DNA of 64,000 bases, taken from a virus. Lineage: Duplodnaviria; Heunggongvirae; Uroviricota; Caudoviricetes. The notes below the pieces were generated by a model. The model saw nothing but the letters and a program-made list of their open reading frames with translations. It was not told where the DNA came from and did no database searches. Positions 1-8,307 of the stretch are shown here, piece by piece. The DNA lies in IMG/VR virus record IMGVR_UViG_3300042554_002438; one strand, given 5' to 3'. The position numbers and the translations under genes were made by a program. The first letter of the stretch is position 1, and the number at the start of each line of letters is the position of its first letter.

Positions 1-1066
1 TATACTTTTCAAAGTCTTTTAACCCATCCATCATCATATCAAGTTCTCTCTTTAAATCGTTGGTTCCGTTTATTTCTTTACCATATTGTATAAACGGATC
101 TTTCATTTGATGATGACTTATTGAATCGCCATCAAAAACATCATGTAAAATCACATGGTTTGGTGTCAATTTATTCATAAAATCATGCGTGACAGATAAA
201 ACATTATGATCATGGCTACCATAGTGTAGGTCACCCAAAATAATCGCTTCAATAGTATCTATTTTTTCAACATCACCAGATTTAACAGAATAACATAAAT
301 CTGTGAAATCACCAGTCTTATCATCGGCTGTGACTTGTCTAACATAAAAAGTATCTTTATCCTTTATCTCAACAATCGCAAAACCGTAAGTATGATGAAA
401 CTCACCTTTTTTACCTGACTTAGAGTCCGTGTAATTCATTTTGGTTACAGCACCAGTTGTTAACATCATTTTAGGTTTATTACCCTCTAAAACTGGAATC
501 ATTTCCATTTGAACTTTTGGTGCGCCAAAAACACAAGAATTAATACCACTCATGCCCTGCAATCCGCTCATTGGATTTGTTGCTGTGGGTTGAATTTTGA
601 TATCAGACATAATCGCCAAATATTTGTGTAGGTTATGTCTATTCGCATCCAGATACGGTAATACAGCATCATCCCAAGTATCAAAATCTCTGTCTGTAAA
701 TACGGATGTTGGATTTTTGTATCTACCAGCAATCACGTGAATGTCGGCATTTAAAAATTCAGCATAGGCTTTTATATTTTTTAATAAACCATTGTGTACT
801 GGGGTGTCATTTTGCGCCCAAGTTATAATAAACTTATTCTGTTCTTTGTTTAACTGTTTTTGTTTTGCCAATTCATATTGCTCAGAAACAACATCAACTT
901 TTTCTTTAAAGTTTAATTTTTCAGAGCACCATTTTCTAACCGTTCTTTCAGACTTACCAAAAAGTTCCATTAAAGCTTTCATTCTATCATCCCAGGCTAA
1001 CTCTTTGTTAACGTAAATGTTTTTAGCTTTTTCTATTTGTTCTTCTGTTAATTCATTAAATTTCAT
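1..1066 (-). CDS. T5 A1-like protein with a calcineurin-like metallophosphoesterase/nuclease domain; 3' end runs off the window (not in ORF track)
   Basis: ATG at 1066, frame open to base 2. Translation spot-checked: MKFNELTEEQIEKAK...FIITWAQNDTPVHNG...KPKMMLTTGAVTKMNYTDSKSGKKGEFHHTYG...ILGDLHYGSHD...VILHDVFDGDSISHH. GDLH and HDVFDG are metal-binding motifs; the A1 resemblance is from memory. Confidence 0.7.
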   Translation of the reverse strand, partial: MKFNELTEEQIEKAKNIYVNKELAWDDRMKALMELFGKSERTVRKWCSEKLNFKEKVDVVSEQYELAKQKQLNKEQNKFIITWAQNDTPVHNGLLKNIKAYAEFLNADIHVIAGRYKNPTSVFTDRDFDTWDDAVLPYLDANRHNLHKYLAIMSDIKIQPTATNPMSGLQGMSGINSCVFGAPKVQMEMIPVLEGNKPKMMLTTGAVTKMNYTDSKSGKKGEFHHTYGFAIVEIKDKDTFYVRQVTADDKTGDFTDLCYSVKSGDVEKIDTIEAIILGDLHYGSHDHNVLSVTHDFMNKLTPNHVILHDVFDGDSISHHQMKDPFIQYGKEINGTNDLKRELDMMMDGLKDFEKY

Positions 1067-1069
1067 ATT

Positions 1070-1450
1070 TTATCTTTTTAAATTCTCAATTCTAATATAA
1101 GTATCTTCAAATTCTTTTATGAGCGTTTGATGCTCGTCTATTAATCCGTTTATATCATTTAGTTTATCAAACCATAATTTAGTTATAGTACCTCTACCCC
1201 ACCCTTCTTTACTTTCACTAAGAGCACCGAATAATGTTGGCTCAATCATAGCTAATAAATCTCTTTGGTTGTCTATGATTTCGGCACGTTTTATTGATAA
1301 CGCACCTTGTAAATTTATTAATTGGTTTGATACCACTTCCAATTCAACCTCTTTTTTTGTTTTTGGGTTTAGCTTTGTAATATCAACACCACGTGCTTTT
1401 AATATTCTCAAGAACCATTCGGTCATCGCAAATAATAGTTTTGTAGTCAT
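1070..1450 (-). CDS. hypothetical protein
   Basis: 126 aa ORF, 3 nt from the downstream ATG. Confidence 0.7.
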   Translation of the reverse strand: MTTKLLFAMTEWFLRILKARGVDITKLNPKTKKEVELEVVSNQLINLQGALSIKRAEIIDNQRDLLAMIEPTLFGALSESKEGWGRGTITKLWFDKLNDINGLIDEHQTLIKEFEDTYIRIENLKR

Positions 1451-1500
1451 TGTATAAAGTTAGTTTTTTGTTGTTTAATGTATCGCAATCCACCAAATTT

Positions 1501-1908
1501 TTAATCAGTTAAAAGTTCTGCTGATTGGCTTGGTTGTTCTTGATTTATTCTAGGTAACTTTCGATAAACGTTATCAAAACGCTTATCTAATTGTTTTTCG
1601 AATTCTCGCATGACATCATCAATCCTATCATGAATATGTTTTGATTCCTGATGAATTTGATTATGTATGTGATCGAATTCTCTTGTCATGTCATTTCTGA
1701 CATCTTTTATTATTTCATTGTTTTTACGATCATAGTTCTCAAATTCGCGATAAACAACATCGAATCGAGTACCAACATCCGCACGAAAACCCTCTAGCTC
1801 AGAGACCTTTCGCTTTAAACTAACAATCGCCCAGATGCCCGCACCTAAGCCGATTACCGCAACCGTAGATAAAACGGTCACTAAGATTGTAGCTATTATT
1901 GTATCCAT
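1501..1908 (-). CDS. membrane-anchored coiled-coil protein
   Basis: Hydrophobic N-terminus (IIATILVTVLSTVAVIGLGAGIWAIV) followed by a charged helical region. Confidence 0.7.
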   Translation of the reverse strand: MDTIIATILVTVLSTVAVIGLGAGIWAIVSLKRKVSELEGFRADVGTRFDVVYREFENYDRKNNEIIKDVRNDMTREFDHIHNQIHQESKHIHDRIDDVMREFEKQLDKRFDNVYRKLPRINQEQPSQSAELLTD

Positions 1909-2013
1909 ATAATTTCTGTTTTTAAAAATATTTTATTTTATATGGTAGATCGCGATACATTTCACAACACAAACAATATTAAACAATATTTTGAAATAAA
2001 ACAACATTCGGGC

Positions 2014-2045
2014 AAAAAAAAATCCGACTCTATGGTCGGATTTTT
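2014..2045. terminator. intrinsic terminator, probably bidirectional, downstream of the holin-like gene
   Basis: AAAAATCCGAC-tctatg-GTCGGATTTTT (2018-2045) with A/T runs on both sides. Confidence 0.8.
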
Positions 2046-2063
2046 AATTAAAGTCTATTTTTA

Positions 2064-2330
2064 TTATTCTGTCGGTGTATCACCACTCGTCTCATTTTTG
2101 TTCTTTTTAAATGAAAACTTGTCAAGAGTATCACTACCCATACCAATTGCTGTAATCACCAATACAGCATCCACTAAAGTGTCTGATGGTGAAAATCCAG
2201 AATGTGATAATGAATTTACTACCATGGAAACACAAAGAAAAACCGCTCCCATAAATGCAATAACTGGTTTCACTGATGTTGATCCTCTCTCGTCTTTAAA
2301 TAAATCGATAACCCATTTTTTAAATGTCAT
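2064..2330 (-). CDS. small two-TM membrane protein, holin-like
   Basis: 88 aa; DLFKDERGSTSVKPVIAFMG then two hydrophobic helices and a charged C-terminus (FSFKKNKNE). Confidence 0.5.
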   Translation of the reverse strand: MTFKKWVIDLFKDERGSTSVKPVIAFMGAVFLCVSMVVNSLSHSGFSPSDTLVDAVLVITAIGMGSDTLDKFSFKKNKNETSGDTPTE

Positions 2331-2366
2331 AATTGTATTGTTTTTGTTTGTTTATTTTACCCATAT

Positions 2367-2373
2367 ATAAATA
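2367..2373 (-). promoter_or_regulatory. putative late promoter motif TATTTAT
   Basis: ATAAATA on +, intergenic, 36 nt upstream of ATG 2330. Confidence 0.45.
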
Positions 2374-2406
2374 TTTTCATAAACTGGTAAAACACAAAAA
2401 ATACAA

Positions 2407-2667
2407 TTATTCTTTTTCAGGTACAATCACATCTTTAATCTTTCTAAGTGTGATTGAAATAGCTTCAGATTCCTCGACAGAAAAAACACCAGATGCTTGG
2501 GCATACCTCAAAGCTGAGTGTATTGTAATCAATACATCGTGTACCGATTTAGCATTTAATCTTTCGATATATTGCTCAAATTCTTCTTCGTTATTATATG
2601 CTAACACACCAAACAAAACACCCATTGGTTTTTGCTCTTCTGTGATATTTTCATTTTCCTTACTCAT
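2407..2667 (-). CDS. hypothetical protein
   Basis: 86 aa ORF overlapping the upstream stop by 8 nt. Confidence 0.7.
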   Translation of the reverse strand: MSKENENITEEQKPMGVLFGVLAYNNEEEFEQYIERLNAKSVHDVLITIHSALRYAQASGVFSVEESEAISITLRKIKDVIVPEKE

Positions 2668-3340
2668 ATGTTGTAAAAAAGTTTACGCCTAAAACATGAA
2701 ACATCGTATCTTCATATCTTTCAGACCTGGTTGTATGAAAGTGTCCATAAAACCAATGTTTTATTTTATTGTTTTCGTTTAAAATATTATACATTTCATT
2801 GAAACGATTCCTCTCATCGGTTAAATCTTGTATGAGTTTAGAATCATAACTGGCGAATGATAGAACGAGGCTATTAAAAGTTTGTGGAAAAACAAAATGT
2901 GGCGCACTGTGCGTTATCACCGTATCAATGTCCCTAAACTCCGATAATTTTTCGGAATCAAAATTAAAAACCTCGTCTTTCCACCAGCTCACATTTTCAG
3001 TTCGTTGTAATCTATCAATTGATATCGCACCGCCAACCAATAGTATTCTTTTACCCTCAATTTCTAATACGGTATAATCTGGAAGTAATTTAATATTACT
3101 CCAATTATAATCTCCATTAAAAAATTTTGGATCATCGTGATTACCTCTTATTGCATATAGAGTAACATTATTGTATGCTAATTCGGTATTGAGATATTCC
3201 ATATCATCTATAAAAGATGATCTAAACCCAGCGCCAAAATCACCAACCTGTATAAGATTGATGGGCTCCTGTGTTTCATTTCTTTTGGAGAAATAATAAA
3301 TCTCTTGGAAGTCTCCATGTATATCACCTAATAGTACCAT
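2660..3340 (-). CDS. calcineurin-like metallophosphoesterase
   Basis: GDIHG, VGDFG, RGNHD, VITHSAP and GHFH motifs. Confidence 0.92.
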   Translation of the reverse strand: MVLLGDIHGDFQEIYYFSKRNETQEPINLIQVGDFGAGFRSSFIDDMEYLNTELAYNNVTLYAIRGNHDDPKFFNGDYNWSNIKLLPDYTVLEIEGKRILLVGGAISIDRLQRTENVSWWKDEVFNFDSEKLSEFRDIDTVITHSAPHFVFPQTFNSLVLSFASYDSKLIQDLTDERNRFNEMYNILNENNKIKHWFYGHFHTTRSERYEDTMFHVLGVNFFTTYE

Positions 3341-3344
3341 GGGA

Positions 3345-3376
3345 CAAATATAGATATTGTTTAAGAAATAAACAAC
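3345..3376 (-). promoter_or_regulatory. Bacteroidota sigmaA-type promoter
   Basis: Minus strand GTTG-N20-TATATTTG, ending 4 nt before ATG 3340. Confidence 0.55.
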
Positions 3377-3621
3377 TCTTTTTTCTTTGTTTTTTTGTGA
3401 ACCTTATCGGCGTAACTTTTCATTGGTACCGATCTCTTAAAAAGACTTTCAGATTTTTTATAACGTATTTCCATCACACTAATATATAAAGATGGTAAAT
3501 AAACTAAGTAGAATATCGCAACAAATTTTTCAACACCATGGTCAAGCAAAAGTACAAACGGTGAGAATATGATCATCAGATCAAGTATGCATTTAATAGT
3601 CTCAAAATTCTTTTTTATCAT
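3361..3621 (-). CDS. small membrane protein
   Basis: Two hydrophobic segments and a basic tail; ATGA overlap with the upstream gene. Confidence 0.6.
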   Translation of the reverse strand: MIKKNFETIKCILDLMIIFSPFVLLLDHGVEKFVAIFYLVYLPSLYISVMEIRYKKSESLFKRSVPMKSYADKVHKKTKKKELFIS

Positions 3622-4781
3622 GCTGAAACAACTCTTCTAACTTTACCTTCAAGAAAGGCTTTATAATTAGGGCCTCTAAGAATAAGAATCTCGTTACCCT
3701 CTCGTTTAAAACGGAAAATCCCAGCAGCTTCTGCTGAGTCCAATAAAGTTTGTAGATAACCTTGTTTATGTTTTAAGTTATTTGCTTCAAAGAAGTCGTC
3801 CAGGATCGGTTTTTTAGCTGTGCTAATGAAACTAATTAAGTCTAAGATAATTTTGTTTTTGTTTGGTGTACTGAATGAATATGAGAAGTTTGGATTATCT
3901 GTTTTCCAAAATACAAAGTTTTTGTTAAAAGGGTCTATTTGTATAACACTGGTATCAATATATTTTTTTAATAACGAAAATACTGTTTTTCTAAAAAATT
4001 TCTCGGCGATAACTTCATGCGTTGGGATTCGGTAAATTTCAAAAAAAGTGTTTAATAAAACCTCACCCTTTCTATTTTTAACATCGACAATAATTTTATT
4101 ACTATCGTTCGGAAAAACCAAACATTCGATGTATATTGATGGCTCTTTAACACTTTCCCAGGTTATTAATAATTTACCATCTTTACTCAAAGATTTAATC
4201 GCTTTCCAACCACCAATATCAGTTTTCATCTCATAATTTAAAAACTTATCATCAAATACATTTTTAATTATCAAATCAACCCTTTTCGGGTTTTGTGTTT
4301 TTTCTACTTTTGCTGCAATTGGGATGTTTGGTGTTTGCCTTTGTGTCGGTTCTTTTGTAATAGGGATATTTGAAGCCTTATTTGGTGTGTTTGATTTAGG
4401 TTGTTGTGAGTTTAATTGACCATCTATCTCATCAAACAACTCAATAATTGGGTTGTAATTTTCTTTAATTAAAGGGAGGTTAAGTTCATACCCATCATAA
4501 TAATTTGTTGATGTGAGGTCAAGTTCGGATTCGTTTATACTAAAACCAAACTCACCTAAAACCCCACCGATTCTTTCACCAACTAATTCATCCAAAAATT
4601 CAATGACGGAGCTGTGCGTTGTAAAGTTTTCTGTGATATTTTCTATCTCATCCAAAGTTATAACCTCGGAATAAGTTCCATATCTACCACTTAAGGTCAA
4701 ATTAAGACGATTATTGTCCTGTCTACCCTCAGTTAAAATCTTATTAATTAAATTCTTTCTATACAGATCAGCTCTTTTCAT
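3618..4781 (-). CDS. hypothetical protein, possibly virion-associated
   Basis: 387 aa; acidic N-terminus and a Pro/Gln/Thr linker; preceded by CTATTTAT. Confidence 0.75.
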   Translation of the reverse strand: MKRADLYRKNLINKILTEGRQDNNRLNLTLSGRYGTYSEVITLDEIENITENFTTHSSVIEFLDELVGERIGGVLGEFGFSINESELDLTSTNYYDGYELNLPLIKENYNPIIELFDEIDGQLNSQQPKSNTPNKASNIPITKEPTQRQTPNIPIAAKVEKTQNPKRVDLIIKNVFDDKFLNYEMKTDIGGWKAIKSLSKDGKLLITWESVKEPSIYIECLVFPNDSNKIIVDVKNRKGEVLLNTFFEIYRIPTHEVIAEKFFRKTVFSLLKKYIDTSVIQIDPFNKNFVFWKTDNPNFSYSFSTPNKNKIILDLISFISTAKKPILDDFFEANNLKHKQGYLQTLLDSAEAAGIFRFKREGNEILILRGPNYKAFLEGKVRRVVSA

Positions 4782-4798
4782 TAAAAATGAATTTACTT

Positions 4799-4806
4799 AT
4801 AAATAG
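4799..4806 (-). promoter_or_regulatory. putative late promoter CTATTTAT
   Basis: ATAAATAG on +, 17 nt upstream of ATG 4781. Confidence 0.55.
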
Positions 4807-4857
4807 TTTAAAAAATCCATTTATACTCTCAAAATTTTTTTTTATTATTGTTTCTAT

Positions 4858-5067
4858 ATGAGAATAATAATCAAAGAATTACCAAAGATAAATCACATAT
4901 ATCTATTTGATCAAACAATGCGCCCACTCTTTATGGACATTGTAAGTAAAAGGAATACAAAATCTTATATAAAAAAAATGATAAAAAAGTACGATATTAT
5001 TGATTTTGATTTTGTTTCTGCGATAGATTTATCAAATACTACCGATAGTTTTAGGGGCCATATTTGA
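4858..5067 (+). CDS. hypothetical protein
   Basis: 69 aa ORF filling an otherwise empty gap; 17-nt convergent overlap with the LRR gene. Confidence 0.4.
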   Translation: MRIIIKELPKINHIYLFDQTMRPLFMDIVSKRNTKSYIKKMIKKYDIIDFDFVSAIDLSNTTDSFRGHI

Positions 5068-6724
5068 TAATAGAAACAGTACCATTGCTGTTATTTTCCA
5101 TAATTTGCTTGGTTTCTTGGCTGATTTTTGTGTCATCAATACAGATTGCGACAATATGAGGTAATTTACTCAATCCAACTGGTATTTTATCCAACTTAAG
5201 GTTCATATGAACATCCACGAGAAACAAATCATTACAGTTTGTTATATCCTCTTTTATTTCCCTTAAATCGCAACTCGATGCGGTTAATCTAACTAGTTTT
5301 TTAAGTTTACCGATGTTAGCGGGTAGTTGTTTGAGTTTTTGGTTATTATCCAAAACCAACTCAGTCAATTTTTCACATTCACCAAGATCGCCAATTTCTC
5401 TGATATCACATCCAGCACAATCAAGATACTCCAAAGATTTTAACTCGGAGAACCACTCAGGTACTGAGGTAATTTTCTTGTTGTTTCTAAATTTAATCTT
5501 TTTTAGGTTTTTCAAGTCTTTAATCGACTCTGGTAAAAAAGTTATACCACAGTCACTTAAATCAAGACTTTTTATACTAGTAATCTCACCTATTTTTTCA
5601 AGATATTCCGATTCAATTTTATGACCAGAAAAATCAACGGTTTCTGGTTTAGATTCCTTGAATATTTTGATGATCTCATCTCCAAAGCCAAGATTCAATA
5701 AATATTTAATATCATCAACCTGTTTGTTGTTTTTCTTTTGGCGATACGCTAAGACACGCTTAATGATGTAGTTTCTAAAATACAATTTAATATCTTTATT
5801 GTTGAAAAGAAATTCATTGATGTTTATACTTTTATCGTTCGCATCCATATATTGATTATCCTCAAAATGGAATTGTAGGCGATATTCGGGGTGTTTTGAT
5901 ATGGCTTTTTTGGAACCATACCCTTTCTTAATTAAAACGAATAATTCACCTCGGCTATGATAACTATCAAACATATTACCATAACGAGTACCAGCAGTGC
6001 ACCAGGTTGTGTATTTACCAAACTCAATATTTGCTTGGCGATCATGGGTGATTACTATAACCCATTCACTATTTTCAAAAACAAGTTCAGCTTTACCCTC
6101 GACTTTCTTATTATCGACAAAATTTTGGATACAGGTTATTTCTTTATGGTCTAAAGTATGAATCGAATCATCGCCAGTATCGGTACTCATATATGGTTTA
6201 ACCATATTAACAAATTCATTGATGTCTTTAAATCGATTAATATCGCGATTCTCAACAGAAAGTACATTTGTTTTCTTTAAGAATGAAAATACCTCTAGTG
6301 CTTCAATAACTTTAGATTGCAAATCCTCAAAAAAGTTTTGGTATTCTGGTCTTATCTCAGCGACCGAATTTTCTTTGCTTGCTAGATAAGCATCATCAAT
6401 TCTATCTCTAATGATATTTTTATACAAGTTAATAAACCAACTAACGTATTCTTTATTATGGCTTGGGTCACACTCAACAAAAAAGTTAAATAATAACTCC
6501 ATTGGGGTTTTACCTTCCAAATATGTACCGTTTCTTTGATATTGGTTGCGATAAAACTCCATAAATAAATTATCACCGTCATACATTTTAACAGAGTCAA
6601 CAACAAACTCTTTATCTGGGACTACATGTTTACCATAGATATTTTTATCAACGGCCTTTTTATGATATTTCTTAAAGATATCAAAAACGTACTCTAATCG
6701 TGTTTTCTTGTCCTGTTCAGTCAT
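5051..6724 (-). CDS. leucine-rich repeat protein with an N-terminal phage WCT-motif domain
   Basis: About 8 C-terminal LRRs (LDLSDCGITFLPESIKDLKNLKKI; LVLDNNQKLKQLPANIGKLKKLVRL); N-terminal TTWCTAG...GELFVLI...YRLQFHF. Confidence 0.88.
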   Translation of the reverse strand: MTEQDKKTRLEYVFDIFKKYHKKAVDKNIYGKHVVPDKEFVVDSVKMYDGDNLFMEFYRNQYQRNGTYLEGKTPMELLFNFFVECDPSHNKEYVSWFINLYKNIIRDRIDDAYLASKENSVAEIRPEYQNFFEDLQSKVIEALEVFSFLKKTNVLSVENRDINRFKDINEFVNMVKPYMSTDTGDDSIHTLDHKEITCIQNFVDNKKVEGKAELVFENSEWVIVITHDRQANIEFGKYTTWCTAGTRYGNMFDSYHSRGELFVLIKKGYGSKKAISKHPEYRLQFHFEDNQYMDANDKSININEFLFNNKDIKLYFRNYIIKRVLAYRQKKNNKQVDDIKYLLNLGFGDEIIKIFKESKPETVDFSGHKIESEYLEKIGEITSIKSLDLSDCGITFLPESIKDLKNLKKIKFRNNKKITSVPEWFSELKSLEYLDCAGCDIREIGDLGECEKLTELVLDNNQKLKQLPANIGKLKKLVRLTASSCDLREIKEDITNCNDLFLVDVHMNLKLDKIPVGLSKLPHIVAICIDDTKISQETKQIMENNSNGTVSIIKYGP

Positions 6725-6742
6725 ATTGTTCTATTTTGGATA

Positions 6743-6774
6743 CAAATGTAGGGTAAAAATGTTTAATAAGCAAA
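6743..6774 (-). promoter_or_regulatory. Bacteroidota sigmaA-type promoter for the LRR gene
   Basis: Minus strand TTTG-N20-TACATTTG. Confidence 0.7.
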
Positions 6775-6792
6775 TTTTCTTTAAAAAAAATG

Positions 6793-6799
6793 TATTTAT
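6793..6799 (+). promoter_or_regulatory. putative late promoter TATTTAT for rpsU
   Basis: GTATTTAT-ctat-ATG, 4 nt before ATG 6804. Confidence 0.55.
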
Positions 6800-6803
6800 C
6801 TAT

Positions 6804-6998
6804 ATGATAATTATTGATGTCAAAAAAACGGGTGGATTAGACCGAGCCCTTAAAAAGTACAAATATAAAGTTGCTAAGATAAAAATGATTGATGATTTGC
6901 GTGAAAAACAAGATTTTACAAAAAAATCTGTAAAAAGACGTGATGAAATTAAAAAAGCAACATACATCCAAAAGAAAAAACAAGAAGAATTAGGTTAA
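6804..6998 (+). CDS. rpsU: ribosomal protein bS21, Bacteroidia type; true start ATG 6804 rather than 6708
   Basis: MIIIDVKKTGGLDRALKKYKYKV...LREKQDFTKKSVKRRDEIKKATYIQ matches the bS21 pattern (IdrALKrfKrk...R.r..F.KpSv.rR). Confidence 0.93.
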   Translation: MIIIDVKKTGGLDRALKKYKYKVAKIKMIDDLREKQDFTKKSVKRRDEIKKATYIQKKKQEELG

Positions 6999-7430
6999 TT
7001 TACCCTCGAAAAGGTTTTTACCCATCTCATCTTGTTTAATGAATGTCTTAACCAGGGAACCTGCTCTTGCATTAGCCTCATCTTCAATCTCACCCCCAAT
7101 GTCTTGTACTGGATATTCAATTCTACCTTCTTGGTGCTGTAATTGATGTACAAGTTCGTGTGCAATACTTCTTAAAATATCACCCAACATTCTGTTTTTA
7201 CCGTACACAACAACCAACTTATCATCATCTCTATAATATGCTGTTGTTTTAACCCCATTTGATTCGCGATCAAAAACTATTTTACATGTAAACTTATCAG
7301 CTAACCCTAGTTCATTACAACAAAAATTGAGAAATTTATTTGTCGTGGCTATTTTCTTATCATCAAATGATAGGTCTTCATCCACCAATAACTCAAATTT
7401 TTCTTTTAATAAAGTTTCAAATAATTTCAT
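6990..7430 (-). CDS. HEXXH zinc metallopeptidase-like protein; likely start 7430
   Basis: DILRSIAHELVHQLQ and a downstream E in EIEDEANARAG. Confidence 0.75.
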   Translation of the reverse strand: MKLFETLLKEKFELLVDEDLSFDDKKIATTNKFLNFCCNELGLADKFTCKIVFDRESNGVKTTAYYRDDDKLVVVYGKNRMLGDILRSIAHELVHQLQHQEGRIEYPVQDIGGEIEDEANARAGSLVKTFIKQDEMGKNLFEGKLT

Positions 7431-8305
7431 TATAATAGATTGTTTATATTTCGTTCGATGTAACATGTATCAAATAACGGATCGACATTATTATCTAATT
7501 CAATAAAGTTTTTAGCATTCAGCGCAACATAACCTTGTTTGACCATGTTGGTAACTAAATAATCATATCCATCCCAAATTATTTCAACACTCTCCATAGT
7601 TTCGAGAGGCAAGAAATAACTATCATTATATTTGGTTTTAATATTAGTTGCTATTATTCTTTCAATAGGGCTGAACACCATTAAATATTTATCTAAATTA
7701 GTGTTATCATTACTTTTTGCTATTATTTTATATATTATACCAGCATCATTAACGGTTAAACCAGTTGGTAAAAAAACTAAATGATGATAATCTTCGGATG
7801 TATTTAAATCTATAACCACAATGTTCTGCTTTGCCGCTTGAGTTAGGTCACCAAAAATTACATCATAAGTATTATATGTATCGCCACTAATAACTTCTTG
7901 TGTCCAACCACTTGTTATCAATTGATAGCTATGGTTAGATACACCTATTGAATATTGCGGGCCATTTAATTCAACATCATTTATATCAATATTAAATGAG
8001 CCACCATCCCCCATGCCAATTGTGGCGATTGTACCATTTAGTGTGTAACCAGTTATTGCCGCACCCTCAGCTAATTTATACCAGTTGCTTAAAGTTGTTG
8101 CTGGTAATGTTTTTAACAACCAAACTCCATTTTGATCTGGGTCTGGATCACTTGTTACAGCAACGGTCATACCCAAATAAGGGTAAGGTAAAGAGTTGTT
8201 TGTTAGCTCAGATAATGTTACTACCGTAGCTCTCGCATCTAACGGCCCCGCAATTAACGCTTCAAAGTTAGCAGAAAAATTAAAAACACCAGGTACTCTA
8301 GCCAT
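7430..8305 (-). CDS. putative virion structural protein
   Basis: N-terminal FNFSANFE...PLDARATV.T..EL...Y.GM.VAV module of a kind seen in Bacteroidota phage structural proteins. Confidence 0.6.
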   Translation of the reverse strand: MARVPGVFNFSANFEALIAGPLDARATVVTLSELTNNSLPYPYLGMTVAVTSDPDPDQNGVWLLKTLPATTLSNWYKLAEGAAITGYTLNGTIATIGMGDGGSFNIDINDVELNGPQYSIGVSNHSYQLITSGWTQEVISGDTYNTYDVIFGDLTQAAKQNIVVIDLNTSEDYHHLVFLPTGLTVNDAGIIYKIIAKSNDNTNLDKYLMVFSPIERIIATNIKTKYNDSYFLPLETMESVEIIWDGYDYLVTNMVKQGYVALNAKNFIELDNNVDPLFDTCYIERNINNLL

Positions 8306-8307
8306 AA

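Noticed and set aside
2144-2155. Exact 12-mer TTACAGCAATTG shared between the holin-like CDS and ncRNA unit 1
   Set aside because: Same sense, so it cannot be an antisense target; it encodes ordinary codons (ITAIG) and has no flanking stem; probably chance
4777-4791. Small hairpin TTCATT-aaa-AATGAA over the start codon of 3618..4781
   Set aside because: Only 6 AT-rich bp and downstream of the promoter motif; too weak to claim a switch
6708-6803. Longer N-terminus for bS21 given in the ORF track
   Set aside because: The extra 32 aa are unlike bS21 and overlap the LRR gene start and its promoter; the starts at 7466, 30732 and 36634 were trimmed for similar reasons
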